Assembly: GCA_013115125.1 (NCBI GenBank)
Contig: JABANN010000118.1
Span: 48,617 to 68,616 of the forward strand
Source of the DNA: Perkinsus olseni
Lineage: Eukaryota
Direction: 5' to 3'
DNA: 20,000 bases
The notes beneath the pieces are model-generated. The model was given only the letters and a program-made list of their open reading frames with translations, did no database searches and was not told the origin of the DNA. Made by a program: the position numbers and the translations under genes. Below, piece by piece: positions 1 to 9,263 of this stretch (its first letter is position 1; the number at the start of each line of letters is the position of its first letter).

Positions 1-1
1 C

Positions 2-3000
2 CATCTTGGAAGCAAGAGACTGGTCCCTGGCCACAAGTACACTGCTACCCTCTCGGCCAACAGCTTCGTCCCGAGCTCTATGGTGAACCTTCCTCCCTTC
101 AGCATGGGCGATAACCACGGTGGCAAGGCGAACGCTCAGTACTCCTTCACTTTCTTCACTGTCCCGAAGATCGCTGATCAGGCTTACGTCTACGGTGACG
201 ATACTGTCGGTGTCGTTGGCAGCGCAGCTGACTCGTACCGCTCCGCTGTTCCTGCTCCGGCTTGTGCCGCTACCGAGGCTGGTTGCAATGTTGCCAACTT
301 CTCCACCTCTGGCATGTCGGATGCTACCGCACCTCTCGCTGTTTTGGACAAGATGACGTTCCCTGCGAACATGGCCACTGATGTGCCGCTGCCAACAGCA
401 GCTGACTGCAGTGCTCCTGCTGAGGGTACCTTCTGCCTCAACTTCCAGGTTGCCTTCAACCAGCACATCAACTTGAGCCATGCTGGGTATTTCGAGATCC
501 ACAATGGTTCTGCCACTCAGACCCAGACTCAGGCTGGTTGGCTCTCGAGCGCTTACTACAAGATTCCGGTCACTGACGTTATTGCTGACGAGGCTAACAA
601 CGTCACCTGGTTCCAGGTTTCGTCCGAGGCTAACTTGCAGGCGGGCACCTACTACGAGATCTACATCCCGAGTGGTGTCGTGACCGACTACAACGCCCCG
701 ACTGTGAACACTGGTGCGTTCAAGGTTGCCTTCCGAACATTGGACGCCAGTGCTCCTGCTAGCTTGCCACAGGTCGCTTATGCCTCGGTGTCCATTCCGG
801 AGATCGGCTACTTCAAGACCGACATGGACATCGCTGCTTGCGCTGCGGCCACTGCTACTGACGCTAACAGAGCTCACTGCGTGCCGGCCTACAATGGTCT
901 CGATAAGCACTTCGACTTCATCTTCACCGAGCCAGTGGCCCAGGTTGAGGAAGTTGACGGCGCTATCGGTTTGACCCTCTTCTACGGCTCTTACGAGAGT
1001 GTCACTTCGCCTCAGTACAAGGCTGCGTTCGACTCTGGTCATGTCAGGGTCACTGTGGCTGATGCTGATATCGCTAAGGGCCTCACCTCGTCGGACACCT
1101 GCGTTGAGACCACCGACGGTTGCCTCGCCACCATTGACCTTCGCCTCCCCAACCGCTTCGTGCAGAACAAGGCTCAGAGTGATGCTTGCGCTGCTGATGG
1201 CACTTCCTCTGCTTGTGATGCAGGCTTCTACAACGGCACCACGGGTAGCAAGGCCATCACCTTCAAGACGTACTACCCTGTTCCGGCTAGTACTGTCGGC
1301 CAGAAGTACGGTGCTGGTGCTGGTGTCGGGTTCTATCCTGCTGACCAGGCGACTACCAACTACCACACTATCAGCCGTGACAGCGCTATCCATGTCGAGT
1401 TCTCGAAGGAGGTCTTCAAGGGTCTAGACAGTGCTACTATCGAGGTTGCTGCTACTCACTCCGCCTACAACAGCAAGACCTACCAGGTATCCGATCCTGA
1501 GATCGAGACTCACGGCAGATACCTCGTCATCCGCCACAAGTTGGCTCCTGGCGAGAAGTATACCGTCAGTCTCACCAACAGCACGGTCCGTGACCTTAAT
1601 GGCTACCTGAACACCTTCGGTGTCGGTGATGTTACCAGCAAGCTCGACCGCACGTCCTTCGGTGTGGCCCCGCTTATCAGATTCCGTCAGAACTTCCAGA
1701 CGGCCTCTTCTGATTCGGGCTCAGAGACCTGTGACTACGCTGGCACTTCGCCTCATGATTCGACCGCTGCTGAGTGCATTGGCTTCACTCCTCGTGCTGC
1801 CTTTGGTACTTGCGTCGCTACACCTGATAACAGGATCGTGGTGGCTGGTGGTCACTGTGTCGAGTGCGGCTCCTTCAACCGCCAATGGGATGCTAAGGGC
1901 ACTAAGATCGCTCTATCTGGCTACACTACGGACATCTCTAACAAGACCTTCTCCATGGCCACCTACAGGCAGAGTCATGCCGGTACTGGACCTGGTGCTT
2001 GGAAGATCTGCGATGATTCCTGCAGTGACACTGAGCTGACCGAGTCGAGAAGCGTTCTCTTCCGTGAGGCGTCTATCACCGGTCTACCTGTCAGAGGTCG
2101 TGGTGATGCTCCTTCTGGTTACTCGCGAAGGTTCTTCAACGACAAGATGATGCCTCGTGGCAAGACCACTCTTTCTGTCTGCTCTCTCAACCAGTGCATG
2201 GACTGCATCACCGGTCCCAAGGACTTCAGCACCTGCGCTGCCGAGCATGTTACCCCAGCATTCTCGTCCGACTCCTCCGACTTCTTCCAGGTCGCCAACG
2301 GACAGAATGTCTCGTTCGCCTGCTTGCCCGGCTACCACGTCTCTGGCCAGCCCCAGACTGTACGCGAGTTCAGCTTCACTTGCCGAGCCTCGCAGTACGA
2401 CTACAAGTGGGAGTACCCGAAGGAGTCTGATCAGGGAGCCTGTGCTGAGGGGCCTTCCAACATCACTTGTGTTGAGAACTCACCTCCTTGCGCTGCCCCT
2501 ACCGATGCCACTGCTTACGACTTGACCGACTTCGACAGCATGACCTCGGATGCTGATGCTAGCATCTCTCAGAACTGTATGAAGGGTGACATCCGCTACA
2601 ACTCTAAGTGTGCCATCAAGTGCCCTGTCGGCTACAACTTAGGCGGTATCCCCGGCTACAGCACCACTGCTGGTCTCAAGTGTATGTCTGACGAGAACGG
2701 AAACTCTGTGTTGAGAGTCTTCGACATCGAGAATCCTACTGAGGGCGGTCCACTCACTTCCGCATGCAAGCCTCTCACTTGCAGTGCTGATGAGATTGCT
2801 GCAGCCTTCACCGAGGATATCCGCGCCAACCAGATTCTTCAGCCTGGTGGCCTTACTGGTGGTACTGAGTGTGGTGTCCTGTCGAGCACCAACAAGTACG
2901 GCGAGTTTTGCTTCACTGAGTGCAAGACTGGTTACTTCAACGCCAATCCCGACAACCGCGTCAGCTTCTACTGCGCTTGTGAGGACGAGTCTTGTACCAA

Positions 3001-4009
3001 GCTCGTGTATCGTGAGCAGCAGCCGACTGACAAGGATATCACTGCTGGTGGTGCCGACTTCAACGTCTTCAGCAACAGTTCGATCTGTATCCCGAGGACC
3101 TGCCCCGCTCTCACTGAGGAGGGTCTCAGGGCCAACGAGGTCCTTGGTGAATCCAACTGTACTAATGTTGGATTGCCTCAGGAAGTGTGCGAGACCTCGT
3201 GTGCTGAGGGTTACACTACTAGGGTGACAATGCCCGAAGCTACTGCTGTCGATCGTGTCTGCAGGAACGTCTACGACGCAGCCAGCGACACGTGGGCTAT
3301 GCAATGGGCACCTACTGCTCGGTGTGTGAAGATCCCCACTGACGAGGACAAGGTCAGTGTCGGCAGTCGTCAGGCCAACAGGTTCACTCAGAAGCTCAGC
3401 ATCGGCTTCAAGGTGGATCTTGGCACACAGACTAAGGAGGAGTACTTTGGGGATAAGAAGGATAGCATCAGTGACTCTGTATGCTCGGCTATCGCTCAGA
3501 CGGCCTTCGGTGACTTCACTCCATGCATGCAAGACTTCGCAGCAGGCATCATCGCCTACGAGGACTTCTGCACAGACGTCTGTACCGCATGTATGTCTTG
3601 TGATGTCTCCTTGGGTGCTCGCCGCACTCTTCGTGAACGCCGTCGACTCGCCGAGGGTGACCTCAACTTGGACGTCACCTACGAGGTCGAAGCAACTCCG
3701 GAGACCCTTGAGGACTACCAGGCCGGTGCCGCGGCTCTCGACAGCGATCCTCAAGTTGCCCAGGCTCTCCAGACGAACATGGCCAGTAACTTGAACTTGG
3801 CTGGTGTTCAGGTCTCGGAGGTGTCTGTCGATGCTGAGCCCGTAGTGATGGTTACGACCACTTCAACTACCGCTGCGCCGGTATCTACTACGCCTGCACC
3901 TGAGGACGACGATGGCAGCAACACTGGTGCCATCATCGGTGGCGTCATTGGTGGTCTTGTTGGTATTGCCGTTATCGCCTTTGTTGCTATCAAGGTATTG
4001 AAGAAGTGA
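2..4009 (+). CDS. Large intronless cell-surface type-I membrane protein (5'-partial): Ig-like (SbsA/Big_5-like) repeats, Cys-rich sushi/CCP-like repeats, RRL motif, Thr-rich stalk, C-terminal TM helix
   Basis: 1309-aa ORF 80-4009. The frame is also open from base 2 (HLGSKRLVPGHKYTATL...), so the gene probably starts upstream of the window. Recurrent L.PG..Y.v motifs (LVPGHKYTATL, LQAGTYYEIYIPSGVVTD, LAPGEKYTVSLTNSTVRDLNG); C..C..GY repeats (FACLPGY, CAIKCPVGY, CFTECKTGY, CETSCAEGY); TTTSTTAAPVSTT stalk; GAIIGGVIGGLVGIAVIAFVAI TM plus KVLKK tail; strong C/T-ending codon bias. Confidence 0.9.
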   Translation, partial: HLGSKRLVPGHKYTATLSANSFVPSSMVNLPPFSMGDNHGGKANAQYSFTFFTVPKIADQAYVYGDDTVGVVGSAADSYRSAVPAPACAATEAGCNVANFSTSGMSDATAPLAVLDKMTFPANMATDVPLPTAADCSAPAEGTFCLNFQVAFNQHINLSHAGYFEIHNGSATQTQTQAGWLSSAYYKIPVTDVIADEANNVTWFQVSSEANLQAGTYYEIYIPSGVVTDYNAPTVNTGAFKVAFRTLDASAPASLPQVAYASVSIPEIGYFKTDMDIAACAAATATDANRAHCVPAYNGLDKHFDFIFTEPVAQVEEVDGAIGLTLFYGSYESVTSPQYKAAFDSGHVRVTVADADIAKGLTSSDTCVETTDGCLATIDLRLPNRFVQNKAQSDACAADGTSSACDAGFYNGTTGSKAITFKTYYPVPASTVGQKYGAGAGVGFYPADQATTNYHTISRDSAIHVEFSKEVFKGLDSATIEVAATHSAYNSKTYQVSDPEIETHGRYLVIRHKLAPGEKYTVSLTNSTVRDLNGYLNTFGVGDVTSKLDRTSFGVAPLIRFRQNFQTASSDSGSETCDYAGTSPHDSTAAECIGFTPRAAFGTCVATPDNRIVVAGGHCVECGSFNRQWDAKGTKIALSGYTTDISNKTFSMATYRQSHAGTGPGAWKICDDSCSDTELTESRSVLFREASITGLPVRGRGDAPSGYSRRFFNDKMMPRGKTTLSVCSLNQCMDCITGPKDFSTCAAEHVTPAFSSDSSDFFQVANGQNVSFACLPGYHVSGQPQTVREFSFTCRASQYDYKWEYPKESDQGACAEGPSNITCVENSPPCAAPTDATAYDLTDFDSMTSDADASISQNCMKGDIRYNSKCAIKCPVGYNLGGIPGYSTTAGLKCMSDENGNSVLRVFDIENPTEGGPLTSACKPLTCSADEIAAAFTEDIRANQILQPGGLTGGTECGVLSSTNKYGEFCFTECKTGYFNANPDNRVSFYCACEDESCTKLVYREQQPTDKDITAGGADFNVFSNSSICIPRTCPALTEEGLRANEVLGESNCTNVGLPQEVCETSCAEGYTTRVTMPEATAVDRVCRNVYDAASDTWAMQWAPTARCVKIPTDEDKVSVGSRQANRFTQKLSIGFKVDLGTQTKEEYFGDKKDSISDSVCSAIAQTAFGDFTPCMQDFAAGIIAYEDFCTDVCTACMSCDVSLGARRTLRERRRLAEGDLNLDVTYEVEATPETLEDYQAGAAALDSDPQVAQALQTNMASNLNLAGVQVSEVSVDAEPVVMVTTTSTTAAPVSTTPAPEDDDGSNTGAIIGGVIGGLVGIAVIAFVAIKVLKK

Positions 4010-4554
4010 AAGATGAAGTATACTTTTAGTTAATATTTTAATGACTATTATTATTTGACTATTTATGTGTGCGATGCTATTCAATTATTATTTCGAGTTG
4101 ATAACCACTGATACACACTAGGCTCATCGCGCGTTGATCTCACTGCCTGTGCGCAGACGACCGACCTGGAGCCTTCTATTTGTTAACGATGATTATCTAT
4201 ATCCAAGGTGTTTGATATTGAGTTGATAGTTGAACCCAACGGAAGAGGGACGTCTTGTAAAGTTTAAAGAAGCTCTTGTTGTACCAAGTTGGTACACGTG
4301 AAGACTGAATCAGCGGACCTGGCACGCGCCGCTGCATTGAATGTGATTTCACTTGACTAAGATGTAGTAAGCCCAGCGTGTTGTCGATGCAGTGTATCGT
4401 AGCAGAGAGGGGTGATGTGATGATTATCGAAGTATTTCTTTGATGGCTAGAGAATGGCACGAATCCTCACATGCTCTAGGGTCATATAGCTGATGAGCAG
4501 CAACAGATCTGCTCGTCGCGTATTGCAACTCGAGGACTGTGTCTTACTTCATAG

Positions 4555-5433
4555 GTGCCTTAGAAGCTCGCTACCAACTACTCAAGAATCAACGCATCGA
4601 CTTGTCCGAACAGGAGTTGATCGACTGCGGTTTCCTCACCGGCACCCAGTAGGCACCTCAGAAGGACCCATAAGTTATGGGTTATAATACGTCCATCAGT
4701 TACTGTTAGCTCCTGTTAATGTTTCTTCAGTGGTTGCAACGGCGGCTTGATCGAAGACGCATTCGTATTCATTGAGGCCTTTCCATTGCCCAGGAGTCTG
4801 AGTATCGCTATACGGCTGAGGATGGCGCCGGCAAAACCTCGCTCGGCAACGCTGTATTAAAGGTGAGGGCGCTCGATTATTCGTCGCTGTTCGCATTCGG
4901 TGTGCCTGCTTTGTTTCAGGGAGCTCGAGTTGAGAGAGTGACGATGATCCCCCAAGGTTCAGTATCATCTCAAGAAGGCCCTAACGACAGGGCCGGTCAG
5001 CGTCAGCCTGAGAGGCTCTGCCTTCAACTTTAAACACTTCGGCTCCGGCATTCTCACAGGTGAACTCAAAGGGGAGAGCTCTTGGATGATACGCCATGGC
5101 ACTTTCAACCAGTCAGGTGCCTGTGATGGCCCAATCAACCACAGTGTCCTGGCTGCGAGATACGGCATCGAGAACGGTATAAAGTAAGTGATAAATGGTT
5201 CGTCTGTGATGATTGGACGCTGTGGACCAAGATACTGGTTATTGAAGAATTCCTGGGGACCTAGATGGGGTGATGCGGCGTACTTCAAAGTGGCACGGGA
5301 CGTGGTCACCCCTGATGGTTTTGGTAAGCGTAGTTCAAGGGCCTTCACGGTTCTTGTCCTCGATGCCTCCTGCTCAGGTCAATGCGGCATCCTCTACCAT
5401 GGCGCGTACCCGACCCTTGAGCATGTACTCTAG
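4555..5433 (+). pseudogene. Cathepsin L-like (papain C1A) pseudogene, 5'-truncated with two frameshifts
   Basis: Exons [26 protein letters not shown] / GCNGGLIEDAF / GPVSVSL / INHSVLA / YWLLKNSWGPRWG / GQCGILYHGAYPTL with the same intron positions as the 6253-7784 paralog. 1-nt deletion at ~4781 (leads to TAA at 4858-4860), 2-nt deletion at ~4962, and no upstream QxxCGSCWAF exon. Confidence 0.85.
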
Positions 5434-6105
5434 CTTACCCGACCAAGATCAAGCTCTTATTCGAGGCTTTTTATCTGACGGGTGAACTGTCTCTTTAACA
5501 TACCGTTTCTCCCATTTAACGGCATCACCTACAAATGGCGGGTCTTTTATTCTTTAATTGTCTTCTTATCATCATCAGACTGTCCAGTCAGGATCGCTTT
5601 CCAGCAACGACTCCCATGCCAGGCCTTGCGTTGCTAGTTTAGTGAACAACACAGGGTTCCCACAGTCTCCAACGATGAGACTTGAGTGAGCTGCTCCATC
5701 AGACGATCACAGTAAACGAGTTCCACCTTCTGGGCGATAGCTTCCGCCCAAGCACACTGTAACACAGAGCCACAACTTCAAAAGGAGACTTCCGAAGAGT
5801 GATGGACACCACCACGAACAGTTGAGACCCATGCACTGCTTACTGGCCATTGTTGATGCCATCCAGCGAGCTCTAGGGCACCCAATTTGACGTCAGAAGT
5901 TGCCGACTAGCAATGGGTGGGCCCCGACGACGGTTAAGTTTCAATGCGGGATGAGGATTACATCGGGCAGGGGAGTTGCAGATCATATCACATGGTTTGC
6001 GAATCTGCTATTTCCTCGAGCACCTTCCTGCGAGTTGCCGCGTCCCGTCCGCGCTCCGCCATCTGCCCCGTCTCTCTCATCCTTGTGCGTGCTCTCAGAG
6101 TTGCA

Positions 6106-6142
6106 TGTGAGTTTAGAGTCCAACGCCGACAGTACGGCTTAG
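6106..6142 (+). repeat. Dispersed 37-nt intergenic element, copy 1
   Basis: 33/37 identical to 12393-12429, including the exact 22-mer CAACGCCGACAGTACGGCTTAG (6121-6142). Confidence 0.8.
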
Positions 6143-6252
6143 ACTAGCGGTGACATCGGGACATCGCGGTGTCACGTCTCGCTACACGTGACGCCAGCCG
6201 GTTGGTCTCGTCTCTCATCTCAGACGCTTTCAACTTTGGTCTCCTATCTGCT

Positions 6253-7784
6253 ATGCTGTATAATCTCCTCCTCTTCCCGTCTATCTCCGCTCTCCTCGCC
6301 TATGGGAAAACGGGCGACGGTGGTGGCTGTGGTGGCGGGAGCTTCGTCGCTCGCAGTGACGACCGTGGCAACGTCCGCGGCTCTGCGGAGCTCGACGATT
6401 CCGCTGTTGCTGATGCTTTTTCTGACTTCCAACGAACGTGAGCGTTCATTCCCCAGGCCACGTGCGAACTTGAACTTGGTTTCAGGTTCAACAAAACATA
6501 CCACGACGAAGCCGAGGCTGCCGCGAAGGCAGCGATTTTCGAAGACAATTGGAAGAGGATCGTGCAGCACAACGCGGAAGGTCAGCATCAGAGGGGAAGT
6601 GATGGTGAGGAAGATCGGCGTCCTTCAGACCACACTTTCAAACTGGAGATAAATGAGTACACTGATATGACCGACGATGAATGGGCCAACCACATGCTAG
6701 TCCGCGGAGGCCTGGAACTGCCTGCCGAATCGCCACTCGAAGGTAGCACTTTTCCAACAGGAACGTACAGAAGTCTAGTTGCATGCTCAGCTGAGGTGGA
6801 CGAGTTTGGAGCCGACGCTCAACTGCCTCCCGCGGTGGATTGGCTGGGAGCTGGAGTCCTGAGTCCGGTGAAGAATCAGGGGCATTGTGGTAGCTGCTGG
6901 GCTTTCTCGACCACGGGTGAGATTATCCGGCATGGCAACTGAAAGACTATGTTTTCCCTCGTAGGTGCTCTAGAAGCTCGTTATCATCTTCTCAAAAAAC
7001 GGCCTATCAGTTTATCAGAACAGGAGTTGATCGACTGTGGTTACATCACCGGGAATCAGTAGGAGCCTCAATTCTGAACGACACTCGTCTATCTGGTGTG
7101 AGAGGCATTGCCTTCTTCCCTCAGTGGTTGTGACGGCGGCCTGATGGGCAGGGGTTTTGAGTTTGTTGGACGCTTCGGTCTCGACCTGGAAGGACGGTAT
7201 CCCTACACCGCCGAGGAGGACTACTGCTATCTCGAGCGTCCTCGCATATTCAGCGTAAGAGCTGTTCATTCACCAATGGTCGTCAACAGTTGCTGTCGTT
7301 CAGGGTACGTATATCGAGAAAGTTACGAGAGTCCCTCGCGGTTCGGAGCATCATCTCATGAAGGCTCTCACCACAGGGCCAGTCAGCGTCTCTGTGAAGG
7401 CATCATCCTTCCATTTCAAACACTACCGCTCTGGCGTACTCACAGGTGAAACAGTACGGCATTTTTCGATTTGAACATTTTCCCGCTGTCAGGTAGCTGT
7501 GGTGGACGAGTTGACCATGGCGTCCTAGCTGTGGGCTACGGCGTCGAGAACGGTGTCGAGTGAGTGACTGAAGGTTCACTGTAGACCGGATATTGTGATG
7601 TTAGATACTGGTTAGTGAAGAACTCCTGGGGGACCCAAAGTTGGGGCGAAAGGGCTGGCTACATCAAGCTGGCCCAATGGAATGTAGCAACTGGTGACGG
7701 CCTCGGTAAGTGAATATCGAGGGTGCTCGCGGGACAGGTCAATGCGGCATCCTGTCCTACGGCGTTTATCCGACGCTTCATTAA
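6253..7784 (+). CDS. Cathepsin L-like cysteine protease preproprotein (peptidase C1A with I29 propeptide), ~10 exons
   Basis: Signal peptide [24 protein letters not shown]-like [45 protein letters not shown] (catalytic Cys); [11 protein letters not shown] (His); YWLVKNSWG (Asn); ends [15 protein letters not shown]. Predicted GT-AG introns: 6438-6485, 6581-6628, 6743-6790, 6917-6964, 7059-7124, 7255-7303, 7446-7492, 7560-7604, 7706-7737. Confidence 0.93.
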
Positions 7785-7806
7785 CACTGTTAATGGTGAG
7801 TTGACG

Positions 7807-7857
7807 GCAGGGTGAGTTGAAGTGCTGTTAATTTAACAGCACTTCAACTCACCCTGC
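7807..7857. repeat. Perfect inverted repeat, 25-bp arms, 1-nt spacer
   Basis: GCAGGGTGAGTTGAAGTGCTGTTAA-T-TTAACAGCACTTCAACTCACCCTGC. Confidence 0.95.
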
Positions 7858-8369
7858 ACTCTGTGAGAATCTCAGCCTGTAATGGCGTCACATTATTAAC
7901 TCACACACACGTTCAATCGGCTTCTCTAGAAAGAGAGGAGCGAGTCTCCATTTGAGGCTTCTTTATCTTCACGATTTCCCCTCGATTCTGCCTACGGCTA
8001 CTACAGTACTGAGTTTAAGTCCATCACTGCACATCACCATCCAACGTCGGTGAGTAGATACTCTAAGCCTTTTTATTCTTATCAGACAGTCTTATCTCAA
8101 GCACTTTCGACCTTCGACTTTCGTCTAAGGCTTTGCGTTACGAGTTCAGTCCATGACAGAGGAGCATGGCCGTGGGAAAGACCATCCTGCGCGAGTACCG
8201 AGAAAAAACATTCGAAAGTGTTTGTTGAATCTGATTGGTTACGGGACGTCTGACGTGTTCTCACCGTAACTGCATTAGCACCTACTGCTGCTCAGGATTG
8301 GACTCATTGCGAACTAACGGCCAATGGAAGCTGATTGACTAGTAAGACTGTCCGCTGGCGTCGGCCTCG

Positions 8370-8790
8370 CCAGAGTGCGTCATGGTGCCAATTGGGAGCG
8401 GCTCGACAGCCGAGCCATGACGCATTCCCAGCATTCAGTGTGTGATCATGCACCGAAGGGAGTCGCCGGATGCCACCAGACAACGCTTTGATGTATGTGA
8501 TTTTATTTTGGACCAACAGTGGAGTTGATCTTCATTTCAGATTAGGACTCAGTGGGGCTGTCAGCTCCGTCACGGCCCTTCGGCTTGCCTGGACTGTACT
8601 GTGGCGCTTGAGTTGGAAAGTGTCTGTTATAATCGATGAGTTCATTGCAACTCCGACCGCCGCCTTCAGCTTCCCCGATCGCTCCTCGACGCGTTACTCT
8701 TCGGCCGCGGTAAGGGCGGGGGATCTCTTGAACCGGCAGTGTGCTTACCCAGAAGCGATGTCCACCATGCACAATACTACGGGCCCCTCA
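8370..8790 (-). mobile_element. Possible decayed retroviral-type (rve) integrase remnant
   Basis: Minus-strand peptides in the expected order but broken by stops and frameshifts: VVLCMVDIASG* (8780-8745), GKLKA../RSCNE (~8655-8641; cf. G.P..lRSDNg), APQYSP (~8607-8590; cf. .pYsP..NG), LPSVHDHTLN (~8462-8433; cf. W...LP.v..a.N). Recognised by eye only. Confidence 0.35.
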
Positions 8791-8953
8791 GTGTCGGTGG
8801 ATGATTAAGGAGCCTAGTGAGCGTGGCTTTGTGAAACGAGCTAACGTCCTTGCTCGCCTTTATCAATGAACTAACGTCAAAAAACTCAAAGATTCTCACC
8901 TTAAGGGTGCGTTTGAGGGACTCTGGCAAACTCACAGCCTCTCTTCCCCGCAG

Positions 8954-8986
8954 TGAAGAATTCTTACCTCAGGTAAGAATTCTTCA
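8954..8986. repeat. Perfect inverted repeat, 16-bp arms, 1-nt spacer
   Basis: TGAAGAATTCTTACCT-C-AGGTAAGAATTCTTCA. Confidence 0.95.
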
Positions 8987-9032
8987 AAACTTCCTGAAAA
9001 ACTCTTGCCCTTTATGAATCAGATTCAAAACT

Positions 9033-9069
9033 CTTGAAAAATACAGGTAAGTTACCTGTATTTTTCAAG
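9033..9069. repeat. Perfect inverted repeat, 18-bp arms, 1-nt spacer
   Basis: CTTGAAAAATACAGGTAA-G-TTACCTGTATTTTTCAAG. Confidence 0.95.
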
Positions 9070-9263
9070 CTCTTTACTCTTCTCACATTATAAGTAACAG
9101 CGGAAGAGATCGCAAGTCAGCTACAGAGCTAGCACGCTTATCATCATCCCAGCAAGATCTCAAGTTGAGTTTTGACGGAACGACGTTAGCGTGCGCCCAT
9201 CTGATCGATATCAGCGACTACCAGCTCGAATTCAGCCGAATTCTCCAAGTTGCGCCGCTTTCA

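Noticed and set aside
2639..3754. 371-aa minus-strand ORF and other overlapping ORFs within the large gene
   Set aside because: Shadow ORFs produced by the strong codon bias of the + strand gene; no recognisable motifs.
4280..4296. 8-bp-arm palindrome with 1-nt spacer (TGTACCAA-G-TTGGTACA)
   Set aside because: Same geometry as the long palindromes but short enough to arise by chance in 20 kb.
4781..4962. Compensating -1 and -2 frameshifts restoring the cathepsin frame
   Set aside because: The shifted frame hits TAA at 4858-4860 and the catalytic Cys exon is missing, so this is not a functional or recoded gene.
6121..6142. 22-mer repeat as a spliced-leader relic or CRISPR repeat
   Set aside because: It does not match the dinoflagellate/Perkinsus SL (CCGTAGCCATYTTGGCTCAAG) on either strand, and there are only two distant copies with no spacer array.
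7451..7460. ACAGTACGGC in a cathepsin intron matching part of the 22-mer
   Set aside because: Only 10 nt with no flanking similarity; likely chance.
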